A DNA stretch of 64,000 nt. Source: Eledone cirrhosa (Eukaryota). Below, in pieces: positions 41,464-51,700 of the stretch. A model generated the notes under the pieces. That model was not told the DNA's origin. It worked only from the letters and a program-made list of their open reading frames with translations, and did no database searches. The stretch is from the NCBI GenBank assembly GCA_964016885.1, contig OZ024752.1, forward strand, positions 40,238,001-40,302,000, in the 5' to 3' direction. A program made the position numbers and the translations under genes. How positions within the stretch are numbered: position 1 is the stretch's first letter; each line of letters opens with the position of its first letter.

Positions 41464-44400
41464 CTGACTTTAATAGAAACACACACTCACCACATACAGT
41501 CTATGACCCTCAAAGTATACACACATACACATACACACCACACATACACGTACACATACACACCAGCACTATTGACTGATCCACACATTCAGCCAACACT
41601 ACTTCATCCATGCTTTCATGTAAGCATGCCCCCCCCCCCCACCTCTGCATCATGGTGCCATCCAGAGGACCTCTTTTTTTCACCCACCTCTACAATATCT
41701 CCTCTCTCCCTCTTTCCTACTCTCTCTCTCTCCCTCTCCTTTCAATTCCCACCTCTTTTCCATATTTTACCTCTATCTCCTTATATTCTTTCTTTCCTGA
41801 TGAAGGATTACCATCCAAAACGTTGAAGACACTCTGTTAATTCCCTTTCTTTACAGTGTTAAACTAATAACATTCATCGTATTGTTTTAAATGTTTTTGA
41901 TTGTTGTTGACCTTGTACTATGAGAAGTTAGACATAGTGAAGAGTAACAGGAAATGGTAGATACTTAGTAGTTGCTAACTGTCTGTACCATTTTACTGGT
42001 ACAACACTGTGTCCATTGTTAAAATGCTTAACTTTCAATGTTTCATATCACATAGGTGTATATATATATATATATATATACACTGTTAGTCATTTTAGTG
42101 CCATAATAAAAAGCACTCAGCCCATGCTGTAAATGTAATTGGTGTTAGAAAGATTATCCTGCCGAAGAAACCAAGCTAGAAACAGTGATGATGATGACAA
42201 CGCAGTTTGCTTTTGTAATCAATAGGAGGATTGTATAATTGATAAATGGTTTGTTAACTTGCATTTTTTATGTCTAATGCTGATCACGAGTCATGTGAAA
42301 CTAATGGTAATCTTTATTTGTGTAATCTACTGTGAATATTTATATGTAGATCATATCTCACATCCTGCTCCAACATAGATTATTACTTCAAATTATTTGA
42401 TCAATTTAGTTACTTCTACCTTAATGCCTTTAAGGTAGTTATAGTATGAATCTTATTTCTGTACTTTATCAATCAATCAAATTTTTACAATTGGTGCAAC
42501 TATCATTAGAATTCTACTTTGGATGTTTCCACGGTTAGCAGTTGCTACAGGTCTGTATCCTCTTTCATGCACAGAAAGGCTGCAATATTATGACCTGATT
42601 AGTCCTTGATGTTGTCAAACAAGGATTTTCTTTCTCTGCTTCTTCTTTGGCTTCCCTCAACTGTACCCTGAAGGATGGTTTTAGATAGGGAGTCATGGCA
42701 GGTTATATAACAATACAAGACAAGCTTCCATTTTTTACCATCACATCGAGTAGTTACTGTTTGTATATTTGTTGAATTGCTGCCTAACAAAGTTATTTAT
42801 CTTGTGCTCTGTGTACAGGATATATTGCAGCCATCTGAAGCATTTGAGCTCAAATGCCAATATCTTCAGGTTAACAGGAAAACAAAAGTCACTTTTCATA
42901 CATTCTATAATTAAATATTAAGTATACTTACCATGTTATTCTTTTTAGCTTCCAGCAGGGTTTTTCTGGCCTGTACATTTTAGAGAGAACAATATGCATT
43001 AAATTTGTTTTTAAATATTCACCTTATACTAACTTTGTTCAATCTTAGTAAATGCATGTTTTTTTTAAGGGGGTGGAGGTCAAAGGGCGTGGAACAAAAA
43101 GGGTTGAGAAATATTGCTCTAGACAGACTTTTCATTAGACCTGGAAAGTAGATGGGCTCTGACAGGTTTTAAAATGCCCTAAAAATGCTGTATGTCAATA
43201 TCAATCGTTCATTTTGTTTTGAACTGTTTCAGCTCCATATTTAAAAAGAGGGTAATTGAAATACACTGGGTAAAACATTACTTTGTTTTGTTGTATTTGC
43301 CTTTTGTATTTTTCTGCCACATTGTACTGGCTTTTTGAAACTTATCAGTCTTTTATTACATATTCACAATGCTTTGTATTAACTACATTCATCATCATCA
43401 TCATTTTTATGTCTGCATAACCACTAGTTTAGTGTCATTGTTTTGGGAGTAAATTTGCATATTCTCACATTATTATTTTGAACTTTGCCTTTCATCCTCA
43501 CGGGGTCGATGAAATAAAGTACCAGTAATGCACTGGGTAATTGCTGGCCTTGTGCCTAAAGTAGAAACAATTATTTTGAATTGATAGCTCATTTGTTGTG
43601 GTCTTTCCTAACCTTTCTTAACTAAATAATGAATCCAATATGTTTACTTTATATATTAGAAGTTAACACAGTCAGTAATTTATAACTAAAGTACACTAAA
43701 AGTTGGCTCATTGGTTACTTAGATACCAATGTAAAGAAGACTAGTCCAACCTAACATAATTTAGCTGGCTTGATTAATAGGGCAACCTATTCACATTCAT
43801 AATTAATTACCTAATTTGGAACAGATGCTATATTAAAACAGTCATAAAACTAATAGAGCTGAACCAATGCAGTAATTAATTATTGAATGTACACTTTTAC
43901 ATGGCAAGTTATATAAAATAAATGATCTCTTCCACTGGCAAAAATACATAAATTATTTTTGTGCTGGTTTGTACAGAATATATAGAATATTGGATAGAAT
44001 TATTCACAGATGTACATAGCAATCCCACCACGAGTTATTCCCCTCCTGTCATATATATCATCATCATCATCATCATTTCATTTTACGTCCGCTTTTCCCT
44101 GCTTGCAAGGGTGGGACGGGAACTGATTCTGGCTTGATTTCTACAGCTGGATGCCCTTCCTAACACCAACCTCATTTACAGTGAGTGCTGGGTGCTTTTT
44201 TGACGTGGCACCTCCACGACCACTTTGCAGTGGAATGATAGGGACCCCAGTCCCTATCATCTCATTTCTACAGCTGAGTAAACTGGAGCACTGTTAAATA
44301 AAGTGTCTTGCTCAAGGAAACAACACATCACCCGGTCGTGTGTTGAAACAAATATTGTTATATTTGGGGCATGGGAGGGGAGGCGGCATATTGTTATAAT

Positions 44401-45125
44401 ATTGTTTCTACTTTTGGCACAAGGCCAGCAACTACTCAGTGTATTACTGGTACTTTATTTTATCGACCCCATAAGGATGAAAGGCAAAGTTAACCTCGGC
44501 GAGATTTGAACTCAGATCATAAAGGGCGGTAACTCTTTCTGCAAAGCATGGTAGTCGAGCCTCTACCGATACCAGAAATAATAATAAAACACACTCACTG
44601 TTTGGTTTGGGTTGGTTTTCGCTTCTGTGTCTTTTATATCTCCATAGTTAATTTATCTGTCAATCTATGTTTATCATTGATTGACCAACGATTAAAAACC
44701 AAACAGTGAGTGTGTTTTATTATTATTTCTGGCAATATTATAACAATATGACCCTCCCCAAAATATAACAATATATATATATATATATGGAGGCACATGG
44801 CTTAGTGGTTAGAGCATTGGCCTTGCAATCGAAAGGTTGTGAGTTCAATTCTCAGACCGGGTGATGTGTTGTTTCCTTGAGCAAGACACTTTATTTCACA
44901 TTGCTCCAGTTTACTCAGCTGTAGAAATGAGATGATTGGGACTGGGGTCCCTATCATTCCACTGCAAAGTGGTCGTGGAGGTGCCACGGCAAAAAAGCAC
45001 CCAGCACTCACTGTAAATGAGGTTGGTGTTAGAAAGGGCATCCAGCTGTAGAAATCAAGCCAGAATCAGTTCCCGTCCCACCCTTGCAAGCAGGGAAAAG
45101 CGGACGTAAAATGATGATGATGATA

Positions 45126-45160
<35 letters not shown>

Positions 45161-45730
45161 GTGTGTGTGTAATAAATAATTGAGACAGTTTTATTCGTAC
45201 ATTTTCATTTTATTCTAATTCCATTATATGTATTTCAAAGATGCAAAGGTAGTTATATAATTGTTTCTACGTTAGGCACAAGGCCAGCAATTAACCAGTG
45301 CATTACTGGTACTTTATTTTAGTTATATAATAACCACTCAGCACATTTTCTTCAGATGAATCGAGATGAGTTTTTCTATCCATTGATATGCTACTGGTTT
45401 AACGTGTTGTTAATATCGCTGTCCATATATATAAATATATACACCCGCCCCTCCTCTCTCTCTCACACACACACACACACACTATATATATATAATATAT
45501 ATATAATATATATATAATATATATAATATATATTATATATATATTATATATATATAATATATATATAATATATATATAATATATATAATATATATTATAT
45601 ATATATATAATATATATATAATATATATAATATATATTATATATATATAATATATATTATATATATATATATTATATATATATTATATATATATATTATA
45701 TATATATATATTATATTATATATATTATAT

Positions 45731-45761
<31 letters not shown>

Positions 45762-48700
45762 ATATATATTATATATATATTATATATATATATTATATTA
45801 TATATATTATATTATATATATATAATATATATATATTATATATATATATATTATATATATTACATTATATATATATTATATATATATATTATATTATATA
45901 TATTATTTTATATATATATATGGGTTAGACGGGTTGTCCTGTTGTGGGCAGTGTCTGGTCGGCTGACCATGCCTTGCTCATACAGGAACTGATTTGGCTT
46001 GGTTTCTACAGCTGGATGCCCTTCCTAAATGAGGTTGGTGTTAGGAAGGGCATCCAGCTGTAGAAACCAAGCCAAATCAGTTCCTGTATGAGCAAGGCAT
46101 GGTCAGCCGACCAGACACTGCCCACAACATGACAACCCATCTAACCCATGCTAGCGTGGAAGAACGGACGTAAAACGGTGATGATGATGATGATATTATA
46201 TATATATTATATATATATATTATATATATATTATATTATATATATATATATATTATATATATATTATATATATTATATATATATATAATATTATCATCAT
46301 CATCATCATCATCACCGTTTTACGTCCGTTCTTCCACGCTAGCATGGGTTAGACGGGTTGTCCTGTTGTGGGCAGTGTCTGGTCGGCTGACCATGCCTTG
46401 CTCATACAGGAACTGATTTGGCTTGATTTCTACAGCTGGATGCCCTTCCTAACACCAACCTCATTTACAGTGAGTGCTGAGTGCTTTTTCATGGCGCCTA
46501 CACGTCAACTTTACAGTGTGGGCTGGGTGCTTTTTTGCCATGGCACCTCCACGACCACCTTGCAGTGGGAGGGTGTGGGGGCATATTGTCTATATGCTTC
46601 AGCTTGTACCCATGGGAGGTCGGGTACTCTGTATTACTGCGTGACGCCAGAGGTCACGGTCGTGTGTCATCGCCTTGAGAGGTGTAATTGGGTAAGGTCG
46701 GCTTTTATCACCTCATCCCAGGTCATCTTGGGTCTCCCCACTCCGCAGTTTCCATCGACTTCTAGTGCTCTGCACCTTTTTATGCAGCTGTCATCCTTCA
46801 TACGGATCACATGTCCATACCAACGCATCCACCTCTCCTGCACACAGCATTTGATTCATCTTATGCTCAGTCTCTCTCTCAATTCATTTATGCTTTGTCG
46901 TTCACGTATATTACTGTTACACATCCATCGGAGCATGCAGGCTTCGTTTCTTTCTAATCTATGTAAGTCTTCCACCTTCAGCGCCCAGGTCTCACTACCA
47001 TGCAACATTGCTGTTCGGATACACGCATCATACAGTCTGCCTTTCATTTTAAGGGAGAAGCCTTTTGCAGCTAGCAGTGGTAGTAGTTGCCTGAACTTCT
47101 TCCATCCCGTTCTTATCCTAGTTATTGTACTTTCTGAACACCCACCTCCGCTGCTAATTCGGTCACCTAGGTAGCAGAAGCTGTCTACTGTCTCTACAGA
47201 GCCCTCCCAGAGATTGGTGGTACTTGATTATATTATATATATATATATATATTATATATATATATATTATATTATATATATTATATATATATATATATTA
47301 TATATTATATATATTATATATATATGGCATGTGGCTGAGTGGTTAGAGAATTGGATTCGCAATCGTAAGGTTATGAGTTTGATTCCTGGACCAGGCGATG
47401 CGTTATGTCCTTGAGCAAGACACTTTATTTCACGTTGCTTCTTCTACCTGGAGTTGCGACCGATAGATAGTATTAGCAATTGGAAAGACCAACGGAAACA
47501 TTGTTCCCTCAGTCCGATTTGACGAAAGTCGATCGTTCCTTCATATTATATATATATTATATTATATATATTATATTATATATATATTATATATTATATA
47601 TATATTATATATTATATATATACACACTACACATGCTAGCAGAAAACCACCCGAGGGGTGGTTTTTCTGCTAGTATTAATAATTGTTTCTACTTTAGGCA
47701 AAAGGCCAGCAATTACCCAGTACATTACTGGTACTTTATTTTATCGACCCCGTAAGGATGAAAGGCAAAGTTAACCTCGGCGGGAATAATAGACAACGTG
47801 GATGTTATAGTAGTTTCTGTTATAATCGAAGCAGTGTGGGGGACGATTGTAAACAAAATAAATCGAGGGAAAACATAGAAAAAAAAGAGGCGGAGAAAAA
47901 CCGAAAAACCCGTTGCCACTCCTTTAATCCAATAATCATTTTGTAAGTCAATTTTAAATAGTTTTCAACTAATATTAACCACGCCTCATATATACCTCAT
48001 TGGCTATGGCACAGTCTCTATACAAATAGCATTTTATGTAATACACAAAGAGTGGGAGGAAAAGTTTATTAAATCACCCCACCTATTCCACCCCCAGTTC
48101 TTGACTGATAATTTACTTTTGATCACTGGCATTTCGTATGACACTTATGGTACTGTCAATCTACTTTGGTAAGACATTTAATTCTAAATGTTTCTGTATA
48201 TCTTACTGAAAATAGAAAGGCACTCTACTGATGCCAGCGTTCTTGGCCCCCGGACTACATCTCTTCTCACTGCTATTGGGGCGCAGTTGGCTTCTTGAAG
48301 TGCTAAAATATATAAATATATACACAGACGTCCCACATCACGAGGCTTCCTCCTCAAGCGGGCCGTCGTCTTTCCGACTTTACAGAGGAAGTCAGCAGAG
48401 CGAGTGCTGCACGCACGATTGTGTATTAATGTATGGTTATCTGTACAAAAAGAATAATAAAGGAATAAGAAAAAAGACAAAAAAAACCCCCAAAAACACA
48501 TACTTTTTGTTTATCAGCTTTCGATATTTGCTTCACTGAGGGATAATTCTTATTGATGCCTCTTTTTAAAGGTTCCATGAAACATATTAAACTAAAAGAG
48601 AAAAATTTATTACACGTTATTATAACGGACAATAAGTAACATAACTTACTAATATCACAACATTAATGGAGTAATAGATAGTGGATTGGCAGTATCGGAA

Positions 48701-51700
48701 GAGGGTCGGACGCCATGCTTTGACGCATAGAGTTACGGTTCTTGCCATTCTGAGTTCAAATCCCGCCGAGGTTAACTTTGCCTTTCATCCTTACGGGGTC
48801 GATAAAATAAAGTACCAGTAATACACTGGGTAATTGCTGGCCTTGTGCCAAAAGTAGAAACAATTAATGGAGTAATAGATACCAATCTGAAGAAAGCCAC
48901 CGTGCTGAAATATACTGATGACATCAAGCTGTACCTTGAGATAAAAAGGACAGATCCTGTACACTATATGTCTCTTCTGCAATTAGACCTGGTCACAATG
49001 CAACAATGGATTACGGACTGGCAACTCAAGCTGCATGTGCACAAGTACCACCATGCATTTTTGGAAGGAAATCCCAGCTTTCACATACTCCCTCCACAAC
49101 ACAAATCTCAAAAAGTCTTCTTGAGAACGTGACCTGGGCATTGTGGATTGGCAGCATCGGTGGAGGGTCGGACGTCATGCTTTCCAGCATAGTTATGTCC
49201 CTTTACAATCTGAGTTCAAATCCCGCCGAGGTTGATTTTGCCTTTCATCCTTATGAGGTCGATAAAATAAAGTACCAGTAATGCACTGGGTAATTGCTGG
49301 CCTTGTGCCTAAAGTAGAAACAATTATTGTCAACAGCGATTTGCGTTGGACAAAGCATATCTCTAAAATTGTCAAAAAGACCGAGGGTGTTTTAGCATCA
49401 CACAGTAAGACCTTTGTCAGCCGCTCTCTAGCTAGCTATCTAACACTTAGAATTTGCATAATCAGGCTGGAACCCCTATCTTGCTCAGAATATTGATATC
49501 TTGGAAACTGTTCAGAGACGTGCAACCAAACGAATACCCTCCATTAGCCATCTACCATACTCTGAACACCTTGCTTCCCTACATTATATATATATGGAGG
49601 CACATGGCTTAGTGGTTAGAGCATTGGCCTTGCAATTGAAAGGTTGTGAGTTCAATTCTCAGACTGGGTGATGTGTTGTTTCCTTGAGCAAGACAGTTTA
49701 TTTCACATTGCTCCAGTTTACTCAGCTGTAGAAATGAGATGATAGGGACTGGGGTCCATATCATTCCACTGCAAAGTGGTCGTGGAGGTGCCACGGCAAA
49801 AAAGCACTCAGCACTCACTGTAAATGAGGTTGGTGTTAGGAAGGGCATCCAGCTGTAGAAATCAGGCCAGAATCAGTTCCCGTCCCACCCTTGCAAGCAG
49901 GGAAAAGCGGACGTAAAATGATGATGATGATGATGATGATGTGTGTGTGTATCAACTTCTACTTTGGTTTTTCTGCACTCATACATTTAATTTTCTATTA
50001 GTAAACATCACTTACAACGGGCGAAGCTTCTCGTCGACATCATTCAAATTATTTGAATTCAAGGTGGAAATGGATAGTTCACAAAATTCTGTTGGCAACA
50101 GGCATGTAATGTTGATTTCATCCCACTTCAGCTGAAAACACAAAATCATTTATGCTATTACTTTATTGATGGTTGGTGATAGAACGGAATGTATTGAAGA
50201 GCCCCGAATGCTCAAATGTTATTTATTATTCCTGGCATCTAACCAACGTGGAAGAGGGGAGTGGCAAATAATACAATAAAAAAAATCTCCAAAGATTTAC
50301 CCTGTGGATTTAGACAAGCATTTTGGAGCTTAAGTTATAAACCCCCCCCCCCCCCCCCCCCATAATGTAGAATGATTTTAAAGTTTTGATAGTTAAAAAA
50401 TTATGTCACTGATGATTTAAAATAATTTTGTTTCAATATACTTCAGCTTTAGTTGTTTTTGCTACACTGATTTTCTATTGACTCTAAATATGTTAGTTAA
50501 TAATAATACACATATAAGTATATATACTTAAGCTTCCTCCAATCCCCAAACCGTAACCTAAGCTAGATCAACGTTTCTCAATCTTTTTACCTTTGTGAAA
50601 CCCTTGAAATAGTTTTCATGTTTCAGGGAGCCCCTATATAAAAATCATTATATATCATTATTAATATCTATCTCTTTTATATTTTTAGTGTAGTTCGCGT
50701 GGTAACATTTTTTTTTTCGGATAACTAGCTTCTTTATGATTGTTTCTTATCAGATCAACAAATATATGAAACAAGATTTAATATAAAATCTAAAGGAATA
50801 CACATTCCTTACCGGGATAATGTCTGTATCTTCACATCTGGCGCTCACCAGCTTTCTCTTCAATGCCTTCAATTTTGCTGGTGGAGATTTTTTCTTGAAA
50901 GATACTTTAATATCTTCCCTGATAATTTCTCCAATAGATTCGTTCAGAAACAATAGTTTACTTTCTAGAGTTGTAAATGCATCTGTCATGGTGTCCAATT
51001 TGTCTATGACTAACAAATCATTGTCTATTACATCAGTTGAATCTATTTAAATAACAATAATAGTAATGGTTTCTTATATAGGTACAAGGCCAGCAATTTT
51101 GGGAGTAGGGGCAAGTCGATTAAATCGACCCCAGTGCGTGACTGGTACTTTATTTTATCGACCCCGTAAGGATGAAAGGCAAAGTTAACCTCGGCGGGAT
51201 TTGTACTCAGATCATAAAGAGCCGTAACTCTATGCTGCAAAGCATGGCGTCCGACCCTCTACCGATACTGCCAATCCACCGCCCTGTCTAATAATAATAA
51301 TAATAATAATAATAATTGCTTCTACTTTAGACACAAGGCCAGCAATTACCCAGTGCATTACTGGTACTTTATTTTATCGACCCCGTAAGGATGAAAGGCA
51401 AAGTCAACCTCGGCGGGATTTGAACTCAGATCGTAAAGGGACGCAACTATGCTGGAAAGCATAGTTACGACCCTCCACCGATACTGCCAATCCACCGCCC
51501 TGTCTAATAATAATAATAATGATAATAATAAAACATTGGTATTTGTTGACTAGGTGCAAAAGCTCTATATTTCTAGAACATGAAATATGTATTGTAACAA
51601 AATTAACTCTGGCAACCCAACACTCCACCTAACAGGAAATAAAAATAGAATCTCCTTCAAGTTATACTTTACCTACAAATGTTGTGTTCGAAATCAACAC

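Noticed and set aside
44789-44860. tRNA gene
   Set aside because: A/B boxes are a SINE head; no acceptor stem, and the sequence continues into the SINE core
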